Shown here: piece after piece, positions 55,001 through 64,000 of the stretch
Layout: every line of letters begins with the position of its first letter
How positions within the stretch are numbered: position 1 is the first letter of the stretch
Assembly: GCA_013239625.1 (NCBI GenBank)
Contig: MU053881.1
Span: forward strand, 14,126,373 to 14,190,372
DNA: 64,000 bases
Direction: 5' to 3'
DNA from: Lama guanicoe
Lineage: Eukaryota
The notes under the pieces: generated by a model
The model's input: the letters and a program-made list of their open reading frames with translations, nothing else
Database searches by the model: none
What the model was told of the DNA's origin: nothing
Made by a program: the position numbers and the translations under genes

Positions 55001-58000
55001 TCATAAACCCCCACCAGGAAAATAAATAAAATCCTTTTCTCTGAAAAAGATCCCTATAATCCCCTTTATAATCTCCTGGACTGTCTGCTGAGCCCTAAGG
55101 ATTAGATATACAAGCCCCGTCAGTTGTGTCTGGGATGTGTCTGGGCGAGTATCTAAGTAAGGCCACTTCCGCTTCGTGGGGGACCTTGCCTGGCGTGGCG
55201 GTTAAGAAGGTGAATTCTAGAGTTGGGCTGTCCTGAATCAGCTTACTGTATGACCTTGGGCGAGACACCTAATCTTCCGGGACCGCAGTTTCCTCACCTC
55301 GAACACAGAGGTCACTGGGAAGATAAGAGTACTCCACAGATAATGTGTGGAGCGGATGCAGGGAGATGATGGATGTAGGCAGAACGTAAGGAGCACTGCG
55401 TGAATAGGAACGATCATTACTGTTACAGGAAACAAGCTCAGAGCCCCTCGAGTGGTGTGGTAAACTGGCGGCAGGCACTGGAGGGACCCTGGGATCTTAG
55501 AGGAGTTCGCACAGGAGCGTCAGTAAAGGAACAGAGCTACTTTACCTTGACCACAGAAAGAAAGACCCTAGACTCGCAGTCAAGGGGTCTGACATCCAAT
55601 TACACCGACTCACTGGGTGACTGGCCAGGTCAGCCCATCGCGCTGGATTTCAATTAAGTTGGGACTAGTTTCATCTCAACTTGAAACTGAGACCAGGGAG
55701 GTCACATCAGTGGCACTGCTTGGAAGGTAGGATGAGCTCCTGCTCTGACAGCTGCACTCAGAGCAGAGGGGACGGAGGGTGCGGGCTCCCTTCCTGAGGT
55801 TCTGAAGACAGGGGCCCCGCGGGGTCAGGACGGCTCGGCAGCGCCGGTTGCAGGGCAATGGGAGGAAGTGCAGGCTTGGTGGCAGTATTACAGCACTCTT
55901 CCTTTTAATTTTGGGGGGTTTTTTCTTTTGTTTTTTTTTTTTTTTTTGAGGAGGGAAGTAGTTAGGTCTACTTATTTATTCATTTATTTATTTATTCATT
56001 CATTTTTAATAGAGGTACTGGGGGTTGAACCCAGGACCTCATGCATGCTGAGCATGAGCTCTACACACTGAGCTATACCCCACGCCACACTCTTCCTTTT
56101 AATAAACAGAATTTTTTCTGGACTTTGTGCTCTTAAGATGGTATGAACTAGATGACAGTGTAGGTGTTGGCTCTGGGAGAGCCCTCCAAAGGAAGGCTGG
56201 GACCCTTGGAAGAGTGTGTGCTCCACCTCAGCTCCAGTCCATGTCCCTCAAGCTTCCTGGGCTGTTGGAAAGCCTGACCCTCGTCCCTCCAGCCATCCAG
56301 CACCTCCACGTCTGTCTGGGTGTCCTCCCCTGTGGCTCTCGCCTGTGCCAGCAGCCCCAGGGAGGATAGAATCTGTCCTTTGGAGTCGCTGCATTTGGGA
56401 GTCAAAGAAGACACACTCTGAGGACTCTACCCGCAGGGGTATTTTCAGTCTCAGCGGGGGCTCTTGTTTGTACAACTTTCTAGCTCATCAGCCCTCAGTC
56501 TTTACCCTGCACAAAGCAATCAGGCTCCCCCCCAGCCCGTCTTTCTCAATCATTGACTCTCTTTCTTCTAAACTTCAATTAACCTGTGAACTCTGAACAT
56601 TGATAGAAACGGTTCTATGTGAAAACTTCTTTGCAGAATGGCTTTTGCCATATCTAGGAGGAGCCGGTGTGTGTTGAACTTCTGCTTCAAACACACCAGC
56701 AGCTGGAGCTCCAGAAATTACAACTTCCTGGAGAAGGCAGCCTCTGTCTTTGAGATTCTTGGTTTATCTCTAGAGAGACTAAACATGGACGTGAGAAAAT
56801 TTAAAATATAGGTCAATGTGTAGTGACTTCTAGAGGGGTGGTGGAAGTGGGGACTTCTACAGTGACATGAAAAGTTGGAAACCCAGGAGTCAGATCCAGC
56901 CCACAGTGTTTTTTCATTTGTATATACATTTTTATTGAAGTGGGGTCAGTTTACAGTGTATCAGTTTCTGGTGTACAGCACAATGCTTTAGTCATACATG
57001 AACATACATGTATTCATTTTCATATTCTTTTTCACTGTAGGTTACTACAAGATATTGAATATAGTTCCCTGTGCTATACAGTATGAACGTGTTATTTATC
57101 TGTTTTGTATATATTAGTGTCTGCAAATCTCAAGCTCCCAATTTATCCCTTCCCACTCCCTCCTCCACAACCCCAGTAACCATAAGTTTGTTTTCTACAT
57201 CTGTGAGTCTGTTTCTGATTTGTAAATTAGTTTGTTTGTCTTTGGGGGGGGGGGATTCCTCATATGAGTGATATCATGTGGTATATTTCTTTTCTCTTTC
57301 TGGCTGACTTCACTTAGAATGATGATCTCCAGGTCCGTCCATGTTGCTGCAAATGGCATTACTGTATTCTTTTTCATGGCTGAGTAGTATTCCATTGTAT
57401 AACTTTACCACAGCTTCTTTATCCAGTCATCTGCTGATGGACATTTAGGTTGTTTCCATGTCTTGACTAAATAGTAAATAGTGCTGCTAGGAACATTGGC
57501 AGCTCACAAATTAAAAAAAAAAAGACAGTTCTCATATCATCTCTACTTTATCTTGAACTCTCCAGAGATTTGGTAACGTGCACTCTCCCTGAAGCATCTC
57601 ACTAGCAGAGCAGTTGTCACCTTTCAGATGGGGTAGGATTTGCCAGATCTTACAGCCCCTGCCATTCCGTGGTGTCCTCTTCCATACCTTGGGTGATTTC
57701 CCTCATTCACCTTACCTGCCTGACTCCTGTGAACATTCTGAGTTCAAGGACATGCTATTGTGGCTCAGAAGTAGGAGAACTCATCGTGGGCTGGTTAGGA
57801 TCTTACAGACATGTAGACGTTTTCATGGTTATTAAAGTCAGGGTAGGATCTTGGCAGACAGGAGAGGACTTTTTCAAACAGGGGGTGATCCAAGGCACAG
57901 GAGAGGGATACATCTCCCAGGAGGCAACAAACAGACCACCCGGCTGAGCTGAGGGTCCATGTGGCAGAGTGGTGGGGATAAGGGGTGGAGATGCAAACTG

Positions 58001-61000
58001 GGGAGAAATTGAATTGCCTACTGAAATGACCGTGCTAGCAGTGAAGGCCTCCCGAAGGCTTTTCACGCTTGAGAATATGCTCAGGGAGATGAGGTTGGAG
58101 GAAGATGTATGGGTGATCCATAGGATGGTTAGAAAGAAAAGAGCTGAAAGGCAGCAAAAGAGGAAGAGGCTGCGGCAGAAATCCAGGACTGAGGGCTGGA
58201 GGGCCAGGCTGGACCAGACTGGAAGCATCAGGAAGGAGGGGTAACCAGTGCGGAAACTTTGTGGGGGAAGAGCTACCAGAGCGTACAACTGATGGGCATG
58301 TGGCGGTGAAGGAAAGGGAGGAATCCAGTAAGAATCTGCAGTGAGCAGGCCTGCAGGAGGGGAGATGGACCGGATGCAGGACCAGACGCAGCAAGGACCA
58401 CGTGGCCTTTCCTGGGAATGAGAGAATCTACTGGGGGAGGGGGGGGTCCTTCCTCCCCTAAATCGAAAACAGACTCTGACCCATACCTTTATCTCCCAGG
58501 AAAGAGATGTGACTCCAGATAAAAATCTACTGACCAAGGTGCAGGACGCAGCCCTGTGGCTGGAGAGCTTGTCAGACACCAGGCCCGCCAAGCCTTCCCT
58601 CTCCACCGCCTCCTCCGTTGCTGACTTCTTCCTTGCCTTAACCATCTGCAACTCTGTCATGGTCTCCACGACCACCGAGCCCCGGCAGAGGGTGAGGACC
58701 GGTGATGGTGGAGCTGGGATGGGTGGGAGGAGGGGTAGGGGCGGAGGGGTGAAGCCCTGCACAGGGAGACACGACACTTAGGTCGCAGCCTAGCCCCACG
58801 GTCGCCATTTCCTCACTCTGAGACCTGGAACAGAGCATTTGTCCTTCCTGGGCCCCAGTTCCCCCATTTTTAAAATAAAATGGAAAAATGTTACATGTGA
58901 GTTCTCCGTGTAGCTTTCAATCCTTGGGTCTATCTGTCTGCAGGGTAGATGTTAAAAGTTAACATTTACTGAGCACTTGCTGCTGTGCACCAGGCTCCAT
59001 GCCAAATGCGTCACCTGCTGTGTCATTTAATCCTCGCAGCCCAGCAACCCTGTGAGGTATGGCCTTGGATTTAACAAGTGGAGAAACAGTGATTCAGAGA
59101 GCTTGAGTAACTTAGTGAAGGACGTATGGTTAATACACAACAGAACCATCCGGATGATTCTGTGATGTTATCATGGTATGCTGGTATCTGCTTTTTAATG
59201 GAGGCTTTAAAAAACAATTAATACCATGTGTGAAGTTCTGCCAATTTGGAGATAATGCAGCTGGATGGCCATTTATAGGAGGTTATACTTTGAATTAACT
59301 TTCAGTACTGAAAGTAGATTCATCTTCCACTTATATGCACAAATTCTCACCCAAGCTCCCTTGTAAGTGACTAATAAGAATAATCAGGTGGTACAACTTG
59401 GGGCTATGAAATCAAGAAAAAGAGGGTTCACTCAGGTACCAAACCAGAGGCTCCTAGTATTACACCCAGATTCTCACCCACCCCAAAGAGTCAGTTCAAC
59501 CACTGAAAAATCACGAAGTGACCAGACGTCCTCAGGGAGCTTTGGGAGGCGTGAAGCGTTAACTGAGGAATGCACCCTATTTTCAAGAGGGAAAGAAGCA
59601 CCATTTGGGGAAGGACAGCATCCCATTCTCAGTTTCCAAGTTAATGAGGAGGCTTTGGTTGGTGAGCAGCCCGAGAGCCCAGTCTCCCAGATATGAGTCC
59701 CAGCCCTACCACCTCCACTCGGGGTGATCGCGGTCAGCCTAACCTCTTCACTCCTCCGTCTCCTCCACCATAAATTGGGGTGATGACAGTATCCCCTGGA
59801 GGTGCTGGAAGGATGAAGTGAGCTGTGCCGTGGGCAGAAATAAACAGACAAGGTGATGGTAAGGGTGCAGGGGATGGGAAGTCCTACTGTGAGTCTGGCT
59901 TTTGTCTCCTTTTCTTTCCTTTGTCCGTGATCAGAGCGGGATGGTCGTAAGATAGCGGAAGGTGAGCATTGCCAATCCCTAGAATGCCAGGGCTGGAAGG
60001 AAACAAATGGCCTACTCCCGTTGTGTTACAGGTGGTTAAACTGAGGTCCAGAGAGGGGAGAAGACTTGCCCACCATCTCTGGTTGCAAAACAATCTCTCT
60101 ATTCTGCCACAGGGCAGCTTGGTGTTTTTTACACCATGGAGGGTAATGTTCTGCTTCCCTCCTTTGACCACCAGGTCACCCTGCCGCCCTCGACCAAGGC
60201 CCTGGGGACATCCCTGGAGAAGATTCAACTACTGTTCCACAGGCTGAAGCTGTCGAGCCTCAGCCAGTCATTCTCATCCACCGCGCCCTCCGACGTGGGC
60301 CTGGGGGAGAGCCTGGGGACCCACGTGCCCACCACAGACTCAGAGGAGAGAGATGATGCATCTGTGTGCAGTGGAGGCTACTCCACGGACGGTGGCTCTA
60401 AGAGCAGCACGTGGGAGCAGGGTGACATCCCAGGGGTGGGGCCGGACGCTTGCCTGGAGGCGGGGCTGGGGGCAGCAGCCCCGGGCCTGGCCGGCCCCGA
60501 GCTCTGCTATGAGGCCGAGAGCCCCGACGAGGCCGCCCTGGTGCACGCTGCCCACGCCTACAGCTTCACACTGGTGTCCCGGACACCAGAGCAGGTGACC
60601 GTGCGCTTGCCCCAGGGCACCTGCCTTACCTTCGATGTCCTCTGCACCCTGGATTTTGACTCTGTCAGGAAAAGAATGTCCGTGGTGGTGAGGCACCCAC
60701 TGACCCGTGAGATCATCGTCTACACCAAGGGTGCCGACTCCGTTATCATGGACCTGCTGGAAGACCCGGCCCGCGGTGAGTCCACCCCACCGGGCTCTGG
60801 GAGGAGAGGGCCCCATAGTTTAAGAGGTGGCCTAGAATGGTAATGAGGGGCTGGATTTTTAGCATCACTCCATCCAGCCAGTCGCAGCTGGAACACAGAC
60901 CCACAAGACGCTCTCCTCAAAGCATCATCCTTAAAACATGCCGCTTTCGACATCTCCTCAACCTGGAGAATTACAGAGCGGGCTGTTAGCTATTAAAGAC

Positions 61001-63254
61001 TTGGGGCAGTCTTGTCATAGAGGAACTTCTTTATTTATCCCAGTTTCTAGTTTTCTAAACTCATTTAAATCTGAATTATCCATACAGAACTTTTTTTTTC
61101 CACCAGGGCATCCATTAACACACCATCAAACACACTGTGGTCCAAAATCTTAGTTTGGGAGAGAAGCCAACTAACCCAAAGAGGGGGGTGACCTGAAGGA
61201 AGTGGCACAGGGAACTCATGGTCAATCCTGGGCCCAGGTACCCCGAACCCCGGCTCAGAGCACTCTCCCTGCCCCTAGAACTCGGCGTCAGACTCAGTTC
61301 ACTCTGGGAAGCCTCAGGTGTTCCTCTTTATCATCCATCTCCCCAGCCTCCCCTAAAATGGATTTTCATAAACTTGCTCCAAGCCAGAAAAATGTTCCAA
61401 AGTCCCTACATATCAGTGTCCAATTCTGGAGCAGCATGAATTGGTGTGCAGCCGCTTCCGGACTGCTAACAAGGAGAGGACAGTTATGGGCGGTGATTCT
61501 CCCAGGACAGTAGATTCTAGCCAAGCTGTAGAATTGCCCGGGCAGCCCCGTGACTCCTGCATTGTCAGCTGTGGATCAGAGCCAAGAGGTTCATGGGGAT
61601 TGATGACTGTTTAGAATGGGAAGGGAGCTAATTAGGTCTCTTCATCCCCAAACTCTGGCAGACAAGTGAATTCAGTGTTTCTGAGTCAAGGGAGCCACAG
61701 CATTCTATCCCTGGCAACAGCCATCTGAGCTACCCTGGAGATGTTTGTTCCTCACCTGATTCCAAAATGGATTAGAGATGGCTCCAGTAAAAGATAACAT
61801 AAGCAATGTTCCTATAAGATTTGAGAAGCAAAGCTTTGAAAAGGAGGGGAACAAAACAACCTCAGGTTTAATGTATTTACAGCATTTGAACATTCTATTT
61901 GACCCTGAGTTTCCTGGTAGCCCAAGCAAAAAGGTAAACTCAAACAGGTAGAAGGCAAAATATGTTTAATCTCAGGAGCTGATATCATTGAAAATAAAAT
62001 ATTGTAGATAGTGCTCAAAAAGACAAAGCACAAAGACTGTGCTTAAGGTACCAGGAAACCAGTAGCACTGAAAAATGAGAAAATAATCTTTGAAGGGATC
62101 TTTATAGTGCATAAAAGCAGCCTTACAATAGTATCATGGGGAAAATCAGAGCTTTGTTGAACTTCCTTATACTTATCTTACTGTTAAGAATTGTGTTTTT
62201 AATTTTGCATTATACGGAGGGATGGGCAAGGTACACAAGATCTTTTCCCTACTTTTGGCTTCTAAAGATCTCAGTCCAGCCCTGGTAAAGAAGGGTTCTG
62301 AAGCTTTTTCCAAGCTCAGATTTACAAAGTGCTGCCACTGTGTAGTGATGTCTGTGACATGTCAGATAAAGGAAGTGGTGATCACATCCATCCTGCCCCA
62401 TAACCACGAACCCAGGCTCAAGAATTCTTTTTATCTGACAGATGAAAGTACTGGAATTTCAAGAAAAGAAGACAAATTTCTTCTAAGAGAAACATATTAT
62501 GTAGGACTTCAAAAAAGGGGACTTAGAGCAACGCAATTAAATATTTTTCACACTAGATTTGTAGGAAGCCAAAAAATATTTTTTGTAAGCCTAACTCAGC
62601 AAACCCAGTATGGTACAGGCCTTAGCAATGAAGTTTGAGTCTGTCGCGATCTTGGGGGCAAACTTGCTCTAGGGACTGAAGCAGATGACACAGAAGGGAG
62701 CAGATAAGCATGTTCAAGATTTAGTGAACAGCTGGTCATCCAGGACTAACCTGACCCCGTGGAAAACTCCATAGGTAATGACAAAGATGCAGATTTCCGG
62801 TCCCCTGATTCAGCAGGTCTGCAACTGGACCTGGAGATGTCTAGTATTTGTTTAAGTTCCCAGGTGATTCTGATGCAAACAGATGTTTAGCAACAATACC
62901 TAAAACCACCTGCCTTCCTTAAACAATACCCTCTCTCAGACAGACTTTTGATGATCAGATTGAGAGAGCAGATAATTTAAGGATGCGTGAAGTGATCACC
63001 TTCCGGGACAACCTGGGAGAGCTCCTCCCTGTCTCTGGGGTGGGCTGTCAGGGAATCCCTCCTCTAAAGACTCCAGAATATTAGGAATGAGGATGTCTTT
63101 AGCATCTGTACGTGACTTCACGGGGCACGATGACTGTTTGACAGCAGCTGACACTGACATGGAAAGGAAGGTGAGGAAAATCCGAGCCCGGACCCAGAAG
63201 CACCTGGACTTGTATGCGAGAGATGGCCTTCGAACACTGTGCGTCGCCAAGAAG
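2356..63254 (+). CDS. ATP10B: Phospholipid/glucosylceramide-transporting P4-ATPase ATP10B, 3'-partial, spliced: join(2356-2630,3629-3823,18596-18800,36934-37019,41107-41213,43193-43324,46428-46555,48186-48438,49536-49774,58500-58691,60175-60775,63145-63254)
   Basis: All introns are GT-AG and phase-consistent; 2523 nt = 841 codons with no stop. Motifs: [10 protein letters not shown]4 [55 protein letters not shown]. The N-terminus [18 protein letters not shown] matches ATP10B as I recall it. Confidence 0.97.
2758..3190 (-). mobile_element. L2 LINE 3' relic (others near 42530-42800, 47265-47780, 53010-53480)
   Basis: (CATT)n end followed by typical L2 segments such as GGAAGACTTCCAGGAGGAAGTGA and TGCAAAGGCACTG; boundaries approximate. 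Confidence 0.6.
3629..3823 (+). CDS. ATP10B: ATP10B canonical coding exon 2 (TM1-TM2, [16 protein letters not shown]...NIQIYER)
   Basis: cctttcag|G acceptor; AG|gtaagg donor; 195 nt, phase 2/2. Confidence 0.95.
3931..4148 (+). mobile_element. MER20-like hAT MITE
   Basis: GCTACTGGCATCT...GCTAAACATC...AAAGAATT...AAATGTCAATGGTGCTGAG core, shared with the other copies. Confidence 0.75.
4400..4570 (+). promoter_or_regulatory. Candidate internal promoter for the alternative first exon
   Basis: CACACCTGTTCT occurs twice (4408, 4516) and AACAGGTG once (4471), giving three CAGGTG E-boxes; CRE-like TGACGTCT at 4456; ETS-like AGGAAGTG at 4496; non-repetitive sequence just upstream of the exon. Confidence 0.4.
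4758..5143 (+). CDS. ATP10B: Alternative first coding exon of ATP10B: paralogous N-terminus + TM1-TM2 ([12 protein letters not shown]...DCLVYSR)
   Basis: Open frame of 128 codons + 2 nt; in-frame TGA at 4749 just upstream of the ATG; P4-ATPase motifs N-x-[24 protein letters not shown]; donor AG|gtaaag is phase 2 and fits the exon at 18596. Confidence 0.9.
13628..15313 (-). mobile_element. 5'-truncated LINE-1 (ORF2 C-terminal remnant + 3'UTR)
   Basis: Minus ORF 14590-15366 contains L1 ORF2 motifs ([31 protein letters not shown]); T-tract at the left end; TSD CAG[C/T]CCTGATTTT at 13615 and 15314. Confidence 0.9.
18596..18800 (+). CDS. ATP10B: ATP10B coding exon 3 (A domain, VGDFI...[10 protein letters not shown])
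   Basis: ctctcccaag|A acceptor; CAG|gtaggg donor; 205 nt; DGET motif. Confidence 0.95.
19675..20523. repeat. Direct tandem duplication, 425-bp period
   Basis: 19675-20098 and 20100-20523 are identical except for about 2 substitutions seen by eye; duplicate ORFs at 19803 and 20228. Confidence 0.95.
19710..21108 (-). mobile_element. Young 5'-truncated LINE-1 whose 3' end is tandemly duplicated
   Basis: Minus ORF 20467-20979 is a well-preserved ORF2 C-terminus ([39 protein letters not shown]). Confidence 0.93.
21979..22125 (-). mobile_element. tRNA-derived SINE (Vic-1-like)
   Basis: Same A/B box head and (TAAA) tail on the minus strand; TCTATTCT flanks both sides. Confidence 0.85.
23460..23578 (-). 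mobile_element. Very short L1 3'-end insertion
   Basis: T-tract plus L1 3'UTR sequence shared with the other young L1 ends; TSD GGCATGCAT on both sides. Confidence 0.75.
27184..29932 (-). mobile_element. LINE-1 with a 5'UTR-like segment joined directly to distal ORF2/3'UTR (internal deletion)
   Basis: ORF2-like fragments (TMEYYSA, FVATW); 5' end reads CAAGACGGTGGAG on the minus strand (YY1-like L1 start); TSD ACAGAATCT at 27175-27183 and 29933-29941. Confidence 0.8.
32043..32176 (+). mobile_element. tRNA-derived SINE (Vic-1-like)
   Basis: GTATAGCTCAGTGGTAGAG...GGTTCAATCTCCAGTACCTCCATTAAATAAA; degenerate TSD CAAATATACC/CAAGTATACC. Confidence 0.88.
32505..32745 (+). mobile_element. MER20-like hAT MITE
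   Basis: GGTTGTCACAACTG...GCTACTGGCATC...GAGGCCAGG. Confidence 0.7.
33015..33328 (-). mobile_element. L1 3'UTR fragment
   Basis: TTTATTGAGATGTAATTGAC...AGATTCCACAT, similar to the 27250-27990 segment. Confidence 0.7.
33329..33540. mobile_element. Tigger2-type (Tc1/mariner) MITE
   Basis: Terminal inverted repeats: CAGCTGACCCTTGAACAACAT versus reverse complement TAGTTGGCCCTTGAACAACAT (18/21); followed by TA. Confidence 0.8.
34382..34640 (+). mobile_element. Short L1 3'-end insertion (sense to gene)
   Basis: L1 3'UTR plus poly(A); perfect 13-bp TSD AGAAGTGAATCAG at 34369 and 34641. Confidence 0.85.
36457..36660 (-). mobile_element. MER3-like hAT MITE
   Basis: GTAGCCACTAGCCACATG...AACATTTCCATCA...AAGTTCTA motif set. 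Confidence 0.7.
36934..37019 (+). CDS. ATP10B: ATP10B coding exon 4 ([29 protein letters not shown])
   Basis: ctcccccag|GAG acceptor; AT|gtaagt donor; 86 nt; not in the ORF track. Confidence 0.93.
38813..39027 (+). mobile_element. MER20-like hAT MITE
   Basis: CAGTGGTTCTCAA...GTTGAGAACTCCTG termini plus MER20 core. Confidence 0.8.
40403..40536 (+). mobile_element. tRNA-derived SINE (Vic-1-like)
   Basis: GTGTAGCTCAGTGGTAGAG...GGTTCAATCCCCAGCACCTCC; A tail; degenerate TSD CTGCCTCC/CTGCTTCC. Confidence 0.88.
41107..41213 (+). CDS. ATP10B: ATP10B coding exon 5 ([36 protein letters not shown])
   Basis: catctccag|G acceptor; G|gtcatt donor; 107 nt; LLLRGC motif. Confidence 0.93.
41275..41430 (-). 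mobile_element. MER20-like hAT MITE
   Basis: Reverse complement of the MER20 core just downstream of exon 5. Confidence 0.65.
43193..43324 (+). CDS. ATP10B: ATP10B coding exon 6 ([10 protein letters not shown]...TM3)
   Basis: tttcacag|GC acceptor; G|gtatgg donor; 132 nt. Confidence 0.95.
43718..44204 (-). mobile_element. MaLR solo LTR (MLT1-like)
   Basis: Hallmark MLT1 segments: GGGCTGGCTCCCTTCTGGAG, TATAAGGACACTTGT, GGGCCCACCTGGATAATCCAG, ATTATTCAGCCTAC. Confidence 0.75.
46428..46555 (+). CDS. ATP10B: ATP10B coding exon 7 (exoplasmic loop and start of TM4, ...FLTMIILLQ)
   Basis: cctctag|GT acceptor; CAG|gtagga donor; 128 nt. Confidence 0.94.
48186..48438 (+). CDS. ATP10B: ATP10B coding exon 8 (TM4 PISL; phosphorylation motif DKTGT at 48354-48368)
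   Basis: ccccacag|GTG acceptor; G|gtgcga donor; 253 nt; [12 protein letters not shown]. Confidence 0.96.
49007..49047. repeat. (CA)n microsatellite
   Basis: About 20 CA units with one interruption. Confidence 0.95.
49536..49774 (+). CDS. ATP10B: ATP10B coding exon 9 ([13 protein letters not shown]...VAFSSAI)
   Basis: ttcttgcag|CC acceptor; ATA|gtaagt donor; 239 nt open in the expected phase. Confidence 0.92.
52372..52663 (-). mobile_element. L1 3'-end fragment
   Basis: T-tract plus L1 3'UTR; TTGGACTTT at 52361 and 52664. Confidence 0.78.
53695..53860. mobile_element. MER5A-like hAT MITE
   Basis: GGACCAGCAGCA...GGGAGCTT...GAAATGCA...CTGAATC...GCATCTGCA core. Confidence 0.65.
53865..54090 (+). 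mobile_element. MIR SINE (representative; other copies near 5520-5720, 19405-19630, 33670-33920, 37340-37560, 55195-55400)
   Basis: MIR core TGTGACCTCGGACAAGTTA...TTTCCCTCAT...AAAATGGG; boundaries approximate. Confidence 0.7.
55910..56087 (-). mobile_element. tRNA-derived SINE (Vic-1-like)
   Basis: A/B boxes on the minus strand; perfect 16-bp TSD CACTCTTCCTTTTAAT at 55894-55909 and 56088-56103. Confidence 0.9.
56908..57500 (-). mobile_element. L1 3' fragment (ORF2 end + 3'UTR)
   Basis: Minus [13 protein letters not shown]...[18 protein letters not shown]. Confidence 0.85.
58500..58691 (+). CDS. ATP10B: ATP10B coding exon 10 (ERDVTPD...[15 protein letters not shown]...)
   Basis: atctcccag|GAA acceptor; AGG|gtgagg donor; 192 nt. 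Confidence 0.94.
60175..60775 (+). CDS. ATP10B: ATP10B coding exon 11 (N domain: [28 protein letters not shown])
   Basis: gaccaccag|GTC acceptor; G|gtgagt donor; 601 nt. Confidence 0.96.
63145..63254 (+). CDS. ATP10B: ATP10B coding exon 12 (…[21 protein letters not shown])
   Basis: gacag|CAG tandem acceptor; AAG|gtaaga donor; 110 nt; GLRTLC motif. Confidence 0.93.
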
Positions 63255-64000
63255 GTAAGAACAGATCCCTTGTTTAGTAGATGAAAGGCGTCAACCCTGC
63301 TTCTGTCTTTTCTATGTCTTTTTAGAAGATCATTAATGTTGGTGGTTCTCATATTTTTCAAAATCAACTATCCTGACCACAAAGACCCACAACCTGGACA
63401 ATTTTGCTGGGGCAGAAATCTGACTTGCTTTTCATTGGCTATATAATTGGTCACCTGCAACTCATAAAATAACCTTTGAACATTATAAATTTGCTTTCAA
63501 GGTATCTTTTTAAAGTTTGCATTATTTGCCTAGATTTGGAACTTGGGAGATTTAGCAGGATCACATACAAATCTAGATTTCTGGTTTCTCTTGAAAATAT
63601 AGAGGATCTGGAAAACTGGATCTCCATTCCTGAACAGCCACAAATTGCTGGAGCTCCATGGTAGCCAATCCCTTTGAGGGATGTATTGTGCTGTGTTCTG
63701 CAGTTGGTCACAGTCCCTACCATTCCCTATTGCATCGCCCTTGGCCCAGCTACAGGCATGTAGATGGCCCAGCTCACACCCTATAGGTCTTTCATTCTGC
63801 AGCTTCTACAGAAAAGCAGGCAAAGAGCTATGAATCCCAGAGCCAGGGCATCTAATGGGGGTACCTAAAATCAGGTAGGGGAGCTCTGAGGGGCACGCAT
63901 TTCTAGATGGCTAGAAGTGGTTGCTCTTCCATAAATCGCCAGAGTGCTTCGTCTCTTATATAGTGCTTGGTGCAACAGAGTTTAAGAGCACCCACTTGAA

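Noticed and set aside
57969..58244. Basic, charged 91-aa ORF ([17 protein letters not shown])
   Set aside because: Composition is explained by purine-rich, probably L2-derived sequence; I found no support for it as an exon
57803..58777. 324-aa minus-strand ORF, the longest in the track
   Set aside because: It is antisense to exon 10 plus purine-biased, decayed repeat-like sequence, is low-complexity S/P/L-rich, and has no recognisable domain
1..64000. Prokaryote-type systems (CRISPR arrays, operons, defence systems)
   Set aside because: The sequence is intron-rich mammalian DNA and I saw no regularly spaced repeat-spacer array

Overview
Mammalian genomic DNA, probably camelid (five tRNA-derived SINEs resemble the Tylopoda Vic-1 family). 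The window covers the 5' part of a multi-exon + strand gene for the P4-ATPase lipid flippase ATP10B. Twelve canonical GT-AG coding exons (2356-63254) splice in frame to 841 codons, including the DGET, PISL and DKTGT motifs, and the gene continues past the window. The main finding is a second, intact, self-starting exon at 4758-5143 that encodes a paralogous N-terminal tail plus TM1-TM2. It has the same phase-2 donor as canonical exon 2, so the locus can build two flippases with different N-termini and TM1-2. One module is two-exon, ATP10D-like and has an ExxxLL sorting signal. The other is single-exon, ATP10A-like and polybasic. The introns hold L1, SINE, MIR, L2, MER/Tigger and MaLR relics, including a near-perfect 425-bp tandem duplication and an internally deleted L1 with target-site duplications (TSDs). 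Most other ORFs in the track are spurious. Repeat subfamily names and comparisons to human proteins come from recall, not database searches.
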